Source: Candidatus Omnitrophota bacterium
GTDB lineage: Bacteria; Omnitrophota; Gorgyraeia; Zapsychrales; Zapsychraceae
Assembly (NCBI GenBank): GCA_029261055.1
Contig: JAJDCA010000018.1
Span: 18,197-82,196 of the forward strand
Length of the DNA: 64,000 bases
Direction: 5' to 3'
Shown here: positions 34,517 to 42,568 of the stretch, piece after piece
How positions within the stretch are numbered: position 1 is the stretch's first letter
Layout of the letters: every line of letters starts with the position of its first letter
Made by a program: the position numbers and the translations under genes
Notes under the pieces: generated by a model
Database searches by the model: none
What the model saw: the letters and a program-made list of their open reading frames with translations, nothing else
What the model was told of the DNA's origin: nothing

Positions 34517-36935
34517 TATTGATTTGATATCCCAAAGATTGCGCCTTAAAAGCATTTTGCTGGGCCTGGGAAGCATTCCCCATTGCTTTGTAAATTAAGG
34601 CACGCTGGTAATAGGCCCCAGCATATTTCGGATTGATCGTTAAAACTTTACCATAATCAGCCAAGGCAAGACGGTATTTTTTCAACTGAGTGTACACAAC
34701 GGCACGGTTGTAATACGCCTCCCAAAAATCCGGATTAATTTTAATCGCTTTATGAAAATCTTTCAAGGCCGCAGCATGCTGCTTCAAGGCCAACTGAACC
34801 AATCCTCTATTATTGTACGCTCTCAAATACGATGAATTAATTTTAATAGCCTGGCTGTAATTTTCCAAAGCCGCGGCGTAATCTTTTTTTAATGTGTACA
34901 CAAGCCCACGATTACTCAAAAATTCTTCCTTTTTATTAGGAGACTGCCTTAATGCCTGGGTGTAATCAACCAAAGCTAAATCATATTGCCCTTGCGCTTT
35001 GTACATATTGCCCCGGTTACTGTAAAACTGGGGCATGTCCGGATTAATCGTAATCGCCTGCTTAAAATCCGCCGTCGCCAAATCATATTGACGTTTAACT
35101 TTGCGAATAATCCCGCGATTACTGTACGCCGACGCTAACAAAGGATCATTTTTAATCGCTTTATTGTAATCACTCAACGCCTGATCATACCGCCTTTGAT
35201 CCTTGTAAAAATTCCCGCGATTATTGTACGACTCAGCATTGTTGGGATCCAATTGAATACTTTGATTAAAATCTGCCAAAGCCAAATCATGCAGCCCCTT
35301 CTTTTGATACACAACGCCACGATTGTCATACCCTTTAACATTGCCAGCATCCATTTCAATGGACTTCGTCAAATATTCAAGAGCCAAATCATATTCACCT
35401 CTGGCAAAATAGGAATATCCTAAATTAAGATACGGCCGCATCTTACCGGGAGATTTCCGAACAACATCACTCCACAAAGAAACTGCATTTTGCCACACCC
35501 TGTTTCTTTGAATCGTTAAAGAAGAATAGACACTCAAAATAATCAACATGCTAACCACACATTTCTTTTTATTATTAAAACTTAAATACAATAAACACGG
35601 TAATATCATACAAAACCCGATGGATGCTAAATACAATTTATGCTCAAAAATAATATGCCGCCTTGGCACCAAATTGGCTGCCATCGTCAGGAAAAACCAA
35701 AATATCCCAAAAGAAATCACCGCATGCCGATGCCTTAATCTCATTGCTAACATTACCAACCCCGTCAAAAAAACAAAACTCAACACAACCGGCCATTCAA
35801 AGATTCCTTGCGACAATGGAAAATCATAATCAAGATTTTGCCCGATGGGAAAAACCAATAAACGAATAAAAACCACAAAAACACGTGCTTGCGTTAAAAA
35901 ATATTTCCCAAACGTAATCACATCCCCCGCATGCGACGCCGACATCTTTGGCCCGAACAATATCCCGAAAACATTAAACGAAAAAACGGCGGGGATGATC
36001 AAACAAAACAATAATAAAAATACCCAACCGTAAACCGTAAACACACCCCGGGGGTCTGTTTGAGGTCTTGTACCGTAAACAGACCCCCGGGGTGTGTTTA
36101 CGGTTCCAGTCGATCGCAAAAACATAAACTCAACAAGTAAAATCATCAAAGGCAACGTAATCACAATTTCTTTGGTGAACATCCCAAGGACAGCAGCCAC
36201 CGCAGCTCCGAAGAAATAAAAAATGGGCCGCCAATTCTTAGACGTCAGTCGTCTGCTATCAGCTGTCAGTATTTTGTTTTTTTCTGAAGACTGATGACTG
36301 ATGGCTGATGACTGATAGCTAATACGTCCCTTTATGTAAAAACACAACGAAAGTAAATAAAACAATGTCGCCAAAGACGCAAACCGCTGACTAATGTACG
36401 TCACCGCCTGAGTCTGAACAGGATGGGCCACAAAAAGCAATGCGGCAAACAAACCGTAAACGAACCCAGAAAGTTTGCGTTCGCAAACTCTCACGGTTCG
36501 TTTACGGTTAAAAGTCTTCACCAACATCCCCACCAACCACCACACCAACAAAGAATTAACCACATGAATCACAAGATTCGTCACATGATACCCAAAAACA
36601 TTTAACCCATGAAAATGATAATTTAACGCAAAGGTGAGAAAAGCGACATAACGTGAAGGCTGGCCGAGAATACTGCCAAACGTAGTAATATTTTTGAAAT
36701 CTTTAATGTAAGAATTACCAGCAACAAATTTTACATCATCAAATTGAAAAGGACTGTGGAGGGTATTTGCATAAAGGGCAACACCAAGAAGGCCTATGAC
36801 AAAAAAATAGTGACAGAAACCGTTTTTTAAAAAACCTTCACTTATTTTCTTAAAAAAGGGTCTGTCACTATTTTTTTGGCTGAACAATTTTTTGGGCCAA
36901 TCTCTTAATTCAAATAATTTTTTAACTCTGTCCAA
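34482..36935 (-). CDS. Paralog 12: PMT/TMTC-like membrane domain + TPR repeats
   Basis: PFQFDD, GQPSRYVAFLTFALNYHFH; about 12 TPR units; long N-terminal extension. Confidence 0.6.
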   Translation of the reverse strand: MDRVKKLFELRDWPKKLFSQKNSDRPFFKKISEGFLKNGFCHYFFVIGLLGVALYANTLHSPFQFDDVKFVAGNSYIKDFKNITTFGSILGQPSRYVAFLTFALNYHFHGLNVFGYHVTNLVIHVVNSLLVWWLVGMLVKTFNRKRTVRVCERKLSGFVYGLFAALLFVAHPVQTQAVTYISQRFASLATLFYLLSLCFYIKGRISYQSSAISHQSSEKNKILTADSRRLTSKNWRPIFYFFGAAVAAVLGMFTKEIVITLPLMILLVEFMFLRSTGTVNTPRGSVYGTRPQTDPRGVFTVYGWVFLLLFCLIIPAVFSFNVFGILFGPKMSASHAGDVITFGKYFLTQARVFVVFIRLLVFPIGQNLDYDFPLSQGIFEWPVVLSFVFLTGLVMLAMRLRHRHAVISFGIFWFFLTMAANLVPRRHIIFEHKLYLASIGFCMILPCLLYLSFNNKKKCVVSMLIILSVYSSLTIQRNRVWQNAVSLWSDVVRKSPGKMRPYLNLGYSYFARGEYDLALEYLTKSIEMDAGNVKGYDNRGVVYQKKGLHDLALADFNQSIQLDPNNAESYNNRGNFYKDQRRYDQALSDYNKAIKNDPLLASAYSNRGIIRKVKRQYDLATADFKQAITINPDMPQFYSNRGNMYKAQGQYDLALVDYTQALRQSPNKKEEFLSNRGLVYTLKKDYAAALENYSQAIKINSSYLRAYNNRGLVQLALKQHAAALKDFHKAIKINPDFWEAYYNRAVVYTQLKKYRLALADYGKVLTINPKYAGAYYQRALIYKAMGNASQAQQNAFKAQSLGYQINNESPSNIMSGD
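36035..36103. repeat. In-frame hairpin cassette, site 2 of paralog 12 (the paralog 9 site-1 element in inverted orientation)
   Basis: ccgtaaacacaccccgggggtctgttt gaggtcttgtaccgt aaacagacccccggggtgtgtttacgg; the loop is the reverse complement of the loop at 30250..30264. Confidence 0.85.
36241..36325. repeat. Heptamer ctgaNNN repeat with inverted copy, site 0 of paralog 12
   Basis: gtcagtcgtctgctatcagctgtcag tattttgttttttt ctgaaga ctgatga ctgatgg ctgatga ctgatag; encodes SEKNKILTADSRRL. Confidence 0.6.
36452..36509. repeat. Nested-palindrome cassette, site 1 of paralog 12
   Basis: aaccgtaaacgaacc cagaaagtttgcgttcgcaaactctca cggttcgtttacggtt. Confidence 0.75.
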
Positions 36936-37402
36936 GTTTTTTTGCCAATAATACCATCGGCCTTAAGTTCATGCTCTTTCTGAAATTTCTTAATAGCTCC
37001 ACGGGATTTACTCCCAAGTTTACCATCAATTGACCCCTCATAATACCCAGCATTTTTCAAAGCCGCCTGAACTTTTTTGGCACTCACAGCCACGCGAATA
37101 ATACGCAAACCATCTTTTTGGGCTTGTAATTTCGAAGGAGTCATTTTTAATCCTCTCCCTTCATAACTAGCCTCTTCAATCGGCTCAATAATCGGACCTG
37201 AATCCATACCTTCCACCTGACCAGCCAATTCCCGGACTTCATATCTCAATTCTTCAATCACCCGATCACGTTCGTCCACCTTCCGTTCTAACTGAGCAAC
37301 CTTAACCTGTACATTATTTGGTCCTACAGGCGGCATTGCTGTTGAACACCCCGCCGCTAATACCCCTACAATCATAACTCCGAATAATAATTTCCACTTC
37401 AT
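36905..37402 (-). CDS. Lipoprotein with coiled-coil and C-terminal peptidoglycan-binding (PG_binding_1-like) domain
   Basis: Signal and lipobox LAAGC; C-terminus GYYEGSIDGKLGSKSRGAIKKFQKEHELKADGIIGKKTW. Start ATG 37402 is preceded by an AAGGAG RBS. Confidence 0.6.
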   Translation of the reverse strand: MKWKLLFGVMIVGVLAAGCSTAMPPVGPNNVQVKVAQLERKVDERDRVIEELRYEVRELAGQVEGMDSGPIIEPIEEASYEGRGLKMTPSKLQAQKDGLRIIRVAVSAKKVQAALKNAGYYEGSIDGKLGSKSRGAIKKFQKEHELKADGIIGKKTWTELKNYLN

Positions 37403-37463
37403 ATCATTTCTCCTTTTTGTTTTCATTAATCTGAGGCGTATTTTTGGTGCCGACAGGAAAGGT

Positions 37464-39278
37464 TTATCCTTTCTTGTACGGCGAAAAAGCATCGCTCCAG
37501 TTGTAATCTGTTTCTAAAAGTAACGCCGATTGAATAAAAGCTAAATGAGAATACCCTTGAGGAAAATTCCCCGTTAACCGTCGGGTAGAAATTTCCACAT
37601 CTTCAGAAAATAATTTCAAATGATTCGCACAACTGCGAATATTGTCAAACATCTCTCGCGCTTTTTGCTCTTCTCCAATCAAATACAAAGCATTGATCAT
37701 CCAAAACGTACACACAATAAATGCATTCTCAGGCGCTCCAAATTCATCTTCGGCCACGTAACGAAATGTAAAATTATTCTTTACCAAATGCTTGTAATAC
37801 TCTTTTACCGTGCTAATCATGCGTGGATCCGTCGATGGCAAAAAACCGTAATGAAACATCAGCAAATTCGAAGCATCATAAATATCCGAACCGTAATACA
37901 TAGTAAAGGCTTGTAATTTTTCATTCCACCCATTTTTTAGAATATCCACTTTGATATCTTCGGCCATCTGCGTCCATTCCTTTACATATTGCGTTTTATT
38001 TACAAATTTTGCAATTTTCACCGCTCGGTCAATGGCCACCCAATTCATCATCTTTGAATGCACGTAATGCTGCATGGCCTCGCGCCGCTCCCAAATACCA
38101 CTGTCCTTTTCTTGCCAAATATCTCGCACACGATTAACGAGTGAACGTGTCATCGTCCAAATTTCTTCATTCACCTGAAAACTTGCGCGTTTGTTAATAA
38201 CAAAATACGTGTAAATGGTCTCAATAAGTTCCCCGTAAAGATCATTTTGTTTTTGCAGGTACGCTTCATTTCCAATGCGCACAGGAGCAGAATTTTTATA
38301 TCCGGGAAGATGGTCTAAAATACGTTCCGTCAAATCTTCTTCGCCATTAATGCCATACATGACACGAATATCTTCATGCTTTAATTGCATACGATTCAAA
38401 ATAAATTCAATAAACCCATCCGCCGACTGAATATGCCCGATGCGCACGTACAAATCAATGATCATCGCTGCATCCCGAATCCAACAATACCGGTAATCCC
38501 AATTACGATCCTTACCGATGATCTCCGGCAACGACGTGGTGACCGCCGCCAGGACAGCCCCTGTTCTTTGATACATCAATAGTTTTAATGTAACCGCAGA
38601 ACGCAAAACCTCTTCTTTGTATTTTTTAGGATACCGCGTCTTTTGTACCCAATCTAACCAATAAGACTTTGTTTTTTCATATTCCAAAAATAATTTATCA
38701 TTTTCCACAGGTTCCAATTTTTCGTGATACGAAAGCAAAAAATAAGAATATTCTTCCAACTCAATAGGCTCGCCATCCAAAACTTTTTGATAATCCAAAT
38801 TGCTGTACACGTAAAAACTATTGTAATGGCCCTTCCCTTCCTGAGACATTATTTTAATGTAATCATTTTGAATTTTACATATCGCATCGCTAAGGGCATA
38901 ATTGGGCTTCGGAATTAATTCCACTTTGATTTTTGGTTTCCCAGAAATCACTTTCAATTTCCGGTGAAGCTCCGATGGACAATAATAATTTCCACGGCTC
39001 GTTTCAAAGCGGGGCATGTAATCATTCACCTCAAAAATACCATCTTTAGTTGTAAAAATTGTTTTTAAAATAGCCGTGTGAATAATGTAATCTTGCTTCA
39101 CGGCTACCGTATCTACACCCGTTATTTTAAAATACCCCCCATTATTTTCATCAAGGATCCGCCCAAAAACAGAAGCCGAATCAAAATAAGGCAGACATAA
39201 CCATTCAACGCTACATTCAGAATTCACCAAAGCGGCACTGGAACAGTTGCCGATAATACCGTAATCATAATTATTCAT
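37464..39278 (-). CDS. Glycoside hydrolase family 15 (glucoamylase/trehalase-like)
   Basis: N-terminus MNNYDYGIIGNCSSAALV...EWLCLPYFDSASVFGRIL typical of GH15-related proteins; 604 aa. Confidence 0.65.
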   Translation of the reverse strand: MNNYDYGIIGNCSSAALVNSECSVEWLCLPYFDSASVFGRILDENNGGYFKITGVDTVAVKQDYIIHTAILKTIFTTKDGIFEVNDYMPRFETSRGNYYCPSELHRKLKVISGKPKIKVELIPKPNYALSDAICKIQNDYIKIMSQEGKGHYNSFYVYSNLDYQKVLDGEPIELEEYSYFLLSYHEKLEPVENDKLFLEYEKTKSYWLDWVQKTRYPKKYKEEVLRSAVTLKLLMYQRTGAVLAAVTTSLPEIIGKDRNWDYRYCWIRDAAMIIDLYVRIGHIQSADGFIEFILNRMQLKHEDIRVMYGINGEEDLTERILDHLPGYKNSAPVRIGNEAYLQKQNDLYGELIETIYTYFVINKRASFQVNEEIWTMTRSLVNRVRDIWQEKDSGIWERREAMQHYVHSKMMNWVAIDRAVKIAKFVNKTQYVKEWTQMAEDIKVDILKNGWNEKLQAFTMYYGSDIYDASNLLMFHYGFLPSTDPRMISTVKEYYKHLVKNNFTFRYVAEDEFGAPENAFIVCTFWMINALYLIGEEQKAREMFDNIRSCANHLKLFSEDVEISTRRLTGNFPQGYSHLAFIQSALLLETDYNWSDAFSPYKKG

Positions 39279-39283
39279 AACGA

Positions 39284-39360
39284 CCCCTTAATGGGCATGA
39301 TAAATCATGCCCCTACAAACGACACTCCTCGTACGGGCATGATTTATCATGCCCCTAAAA
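39284..39360. repeat. Two intergenic REP-like hairpins (gggcatgat NN atcatgccc) between GH15 and the BatC-like gene
   Basis: ccccttaatGGGCATGATaaATCATGCCCctac ... cgtacGGGCATGATttATCATGCCCctaaaa. Confidence 0.75.
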
Positions 39361-39371
39361 TAATTTTCTAT

Positions 39372-40346
39372 TTACCAATCCTTTAAAACCCGTTGCGCCT
39401 TTCCTTTTCGACGATAAAAGTTTAATAATCCTTTGGGTTCTTCACTCTGTTGATACCCATTTAATAACATTTGAGCTTCTTTTTCTGTCAATCCTTCGAT
39501 AATCTCAGGACTCTGTCCTTCTTTAGAGTCAGAACTTTGTTCTTCGGCAGACTCAGAACCCTGCTCTTTGTCTCCTTCATTTTCAGAGCCTTCTTCTCCT
39601 TGACTCTTTTGAGATTCTTCCTGCTCTGATTCTTGCTGTCCCGATTCTTGCTCTTGCTGCTTTTCGCCGTCTTGACTTTCTTGAGATTGTGGAGAGTTTT
39701 CTTCTTGCTCTTTTTTCTCTTGTTGAGAAGACTGATCTTGCTGGGACTTATTCTCTTGACCTTCTTTGTCTTCTTGCTGATCTTCTTGCGATTGTTTGTT
39801 TTGTTTTTGTCCTTGCTGTTGCTTTTGTTGTTGCTGTTTAACCTTTAAACGCTCAATTTCTTCTAAAACAAAATCATAATTCGATTTGGCATCTTCATCT
39901 TGAGGATCAATTTTTAAGGCATTGTCATACTGTGTTGTCGCATCTTCTAATAACGAAATGGCATTTTCAATCTTGTCATTTTCTTGTGAAGCGCCTAATT
40001 TGTAAAGTGCATTCCCTAAATTGTAATGCCCTTTTTCTTTTAGAATCTTATCTTCGGAAAGAAGAGATTTTTGCAGACGATAAATGGCCCTTTGATATTC
40101 TCCCTGCTTGTACAAAGCCGTTCCAAGGTCGAAGTTAATAATATCAGATTCCGAATCTTTTTCTACAGCTTGCTGATATTTTTCAAATGCCCCTGCGTAG
40201 TCCCCTTTTTCATACAATACATTACCTTCTTTAACGTTTTTCGCAGGCGAAGCAAATCCTAGGGTTGGAAAAAGAAATAAAAAACAAAGATGCAAGATGC
40301 AAGATGCAAGATACAACCAAATTTGACTATTATTTTTTTCTCTCAT
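39372..40346 (-). CDS. BatC-like TPR protein with acidic Q/E/K-rich C-terminal tail
   Basis: Signal peptide; TPR units (GDYAGAFEKYQQAVEKD...); low-complexity QQQKQQQGQKQNKQSQEDQQEDKEGQE tail; sits at the end of the MoxR-vWA operon. Confidence 0.55.
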   Translation of the reverse strand: MREKNNSQIWLYLASCILHLCFLFLFPTLGFASPAKNVKEGNVLYEKGDYAGAFEKYQQAVEKDSESDIINFDLGTALYKQGEYQRAIYRLQKSLLSEDKILKEKGHYNLGNALYKLGASQENDKIENAISLLEDATTQYDNALKIDPQDEDAKSNYDFVLEEIERLKVKQQQQKQQQGQKQNKQSQEDQQEDKEGQENKSQQDQSSQQEKKEQEENSPQSQESQDGEKQQEQESGQQESEQEESQKSQGEEGSENEGDKEQGSESAEEQSSDSKEGQSPEIIEGLTEKEAQMLLNGYQQSEEPKGLLNFYRRKGKAQRVLKDW

Positions 40347-40361
40347 TTTTTCTCTTATCTC

Positions 40362-41378
40362 TTACTTCTTGCTTCTTGTTTTTTTTGACCGTTCATCTCT
40401 CCTAGCCCCCAAACACGTTTCCCCCACCAACAATAAAAGGGCTAAAGCCAAAGGAATTTGAAACCGTTCGTAATATTTTTTCTCTCGTTTACTTTCAATA
40501 TCCCGTTTCTCCAACTTCGCTAACTCACGCTCGTAAATCAAATCTAAACCAAATTGCGCACCGCCAGCCTTAACGTAAGCACCACCGGTCGTCAAAGCGA
40601 TTTGCTGTAACAACTTTTCATTAAGTCGTGATTTAACGTAATTCCCTTGTTCATCTTTAAGAAATTCGCCATTACCGATTTGAATCAACTCTCCTTCTTG
40701 CGTCCCAATGCCCACCGTGTAAATTTTAATCCCCTCTTCTTTGGCCTTCTGCGCGACCTTCAAAGGTTCACCTTCCAAATTATCGCCGTCCGTCACCACA
40801 ATAATGGCCTTGTATTGATTCGATGTTTTGTCATACCCCTTCATGGCCTCGGTAACCGCCTTAGCAATATTGGTTCCCCCAACCGGAATAATGTCCGGGG
40901 CTAAATCATTAAGGCTTAGCATAAAACCATTGTAATCTACCGTTAACGGGCACAACAAAAAAGCATCTCCGGCAAAGGCCATCAAACCGATGCGATCCCC
41001 TTTCAATTTACGCAACAAATCTTTTACGGCTAATTTCGTTCGCTCCAGCCGATTTGGTTTCACATCCTGCGTCAACATACTTTTCGAAACATCCACCACC
41101 ACCAAAATATCAATCCCCTTACGTTTAACCTCTTCCCATTCAAAACCCCATCGCGGACGGCTTAGAGCCAGAATCGAAAACACAATCACAGCCAACAAAA
41201 GAATATTCTTCCACCGCCATCGTGAAACGTCAAAACCCAAAGCAACATCTTTAATAAGCTTAGTTTCCACAAAGCGTCCCATGATTTTTTTCCGACGGCT
41301 CACAGCCTTAAACAGCAAAAACCCCACCACCGGCACAAACCACAATAAATGTAATAATTGTCCCTGAACAAAATTCAT
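40362..41378 (-). CDS. vWA domain membrane protein (BatB-like)
   Basis: N-terminal TM helices; VVDVSKSM MIDAS-like motif. Confidence 0.7.
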   Translation of the reverse strand: MNFVQGQLLHLLWFVPVVGFLLFKAVSRRKKIMGRFVETKLIKDVALGFDVSRWRWKNILLLAVIVFSILALSRPRWGFEWEEVKRKGIDILVVVDVSKSMLTQDVKPNRLERTKLAVKDLLRKLKGDRIGLMAFAGDAFLLCPLTVDYNGFMLSLNDLAPDIIPVGGTNIAKAVTEAMKGYDKTSNQYKAIIVVTDGDNLEGEPLKVAQKAKEEGIKIYTVGIGTQEGELIQIGNGEFLKDEQGNYVKSRLNEKLLQQIALTTGGAYVKAGGAQFGLDLIYERELAKLEKRDIESKREKKYYERFQIPLALALLLLVGETCLGARRDERSKKTRSKK

Positions 41379-41396
41379 AATTTAAAAACCATTAAC

Positions 41397-41442
41397 GCAC
41401 CTCGTAGGTGTAATCGCACCTACGAGGTGCGTTTATTTACGG
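41397..41442. terminator. Intergenic hairpin between the two vWA genes (17-bp perfect stem)
   Basis: aacgcacctcgtaggtg taatcg cacctacgaggtgcgtt followed by tatttacgg; shares the CCTCGTAGG core with the site-2 cassettes. Confidence 0.4.
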
Positions 41443-42489
41443 TATTTTGAAAAATACTGTATTAACTAAAACAATTTCTAAAACCAACAATATTAACGCT
41501 GCTATTAAAAACATCCCAAACAATTCTTCATACTGAAAGTACCCGTACTCTTCAATCTCAATTTTTTCCATGGCATCAATAGCGTCATAAATCTCACGCA
41601 AAGACTTTTCATCTGTAGCACGAAAATATTGACCATCTGTAATCTGAGCTACTTCTTTAAGCATTTCCTCATCTAATCCAAAACGCGCAGGCTTGTAAAC
41701 CTTACGTCCCTTCCTATCTATCCCAACAGGATAAGGAACTGCCCCGTTAGTTCCGGCTCCGATGGTGTAAATTTTAATATCCAACGCCTTTGCTACACCA
41801 GCCATGGAAATAGGGTCAACTTTTGCTACCGTATTAACCCCATCCGTTAATAAAATAATAATTTTACTTTTAGCATCACTCGTTTTTAATCGTGCTACGG
41901 ATGAAGCAATAGCCGAACCCACAGCCGTACCATCATGAATTTGCCCTAATTCCACACGATCCAAATTTTCAATCAACCAGCTGAAATCTGTTGTCAAAGG
42001 GCACACCGTGTAAGCTAAACTAGCAAAGACAATAAGACCAATACGATCATGTTCCCTATTTCTAATAAATTCTTTAACTACGCTCTTAACAATTTCTAAG
42101 CGATTCACTCGTTCTTTTTTAATAAAAAAATCCTCGGATGCCATACTACTAGAAGAATCAATCGCCAGCACAATATCAACCCCCTCTGCTGTATGAACCG
42201 TCTCCTCCAATACAGACCGCGGCCCAGCCAACGCAACGACAAACAATGCTAAAGCTAGCAAGCGCACCCCAAAAGGAATCCACCCTAACCGAATTTTCCA
42301 TGATGGATCAACCGCCCCCAACAAATCCCCAGATGGAAACCGAAACGTCGAAACCTTCTGCCGTCTACGAAAAATAAAGACGCCTCCTAAAATAATTGGG
42401 AGTAGTAATAACATTAAGGGGCTTTTAAATACCATTGTTTTTCTAGAAGCAAGAGGCAAGAAACAAGAAGCAGAAAAACAAAGGAACAA
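41437..42489 (-). CDS. vWA domain membrane protein (BatA-like)
   Basis: LAIDSSSSM MIDAS motif; N- and C-terminal TM helices. Confidence 0.7.
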   Translation of the reverse strand: MFLCFSASCFLPLASRKTMVFKSPLMLLLLPIILGGVFIFRRRQKVSTFRFPSGDLLGAVDPSWKIRLGWIPFGVRLLALALFVVALAGPRSVLEETVHTAEGVDIVLAIDSSSSMASEDFFIKKERVNRLEIVKSVVKEFIRNREHDRIGLIVFASLAYTVCPLTTDFSWLIENLDRVELGQIHDGTAVGSAIASSVARLKTSDAKSKIIILLTDGVNTVAKVDPISMAGVAKALDIKIYTIGAGTNGAVPYPVGIDRKGRKVYKPARFGLDEEMLKEVAQITDGQYFRATDEKSLREIYDAIDAMEKIEIEEYGYFQYEELFGMFLIAALILLVLEIVLVNTVFFKIP

Positions 42490-42568
42490 GATGTAGAGAA
42501 AAAAACTAATTAACTAATTTCTTTACTTCTCTGACCTCTTACCTCTTTGCTTCTTACTTCTCTGCCTC

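Noticed and set aside
11614-36509. In-CDS hairpins as rho-independent terminators or attenuators
   Set aside because: No U-tract follows them. The reading frame and paralog alignment continue straight through every one. They are cassettes in the coding sequence, not gene ends.
9858-36935. Regularly spaced, partly palindromic repeats looked superficially like a CRISPR array
   Set aside because: The repeats are 2-2.6 kb apart, are non-identical, and each lies inside an intact paralogous CDS. There are no short uniform spacers and no cas genes.
9858-36935. Diversity-generating retroelement or integron cassette array as an explanation for the hypervariable sites
   Set aside because: No reverse transcriptase, template repeat, integrase or attI/attC-like organisation is present in the window. 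The variable segments are discrete hairpins, not A-biased mutagenised tracts.
39372-40346. Q/E/K-rich repetitive tail of the BatC-like protein as a DNA-level tandem repeat or mobile remnant
   Set aside because: It is a low-complexity acidic coding tail typical of these TPR proteins. No defined repeat unit is present.
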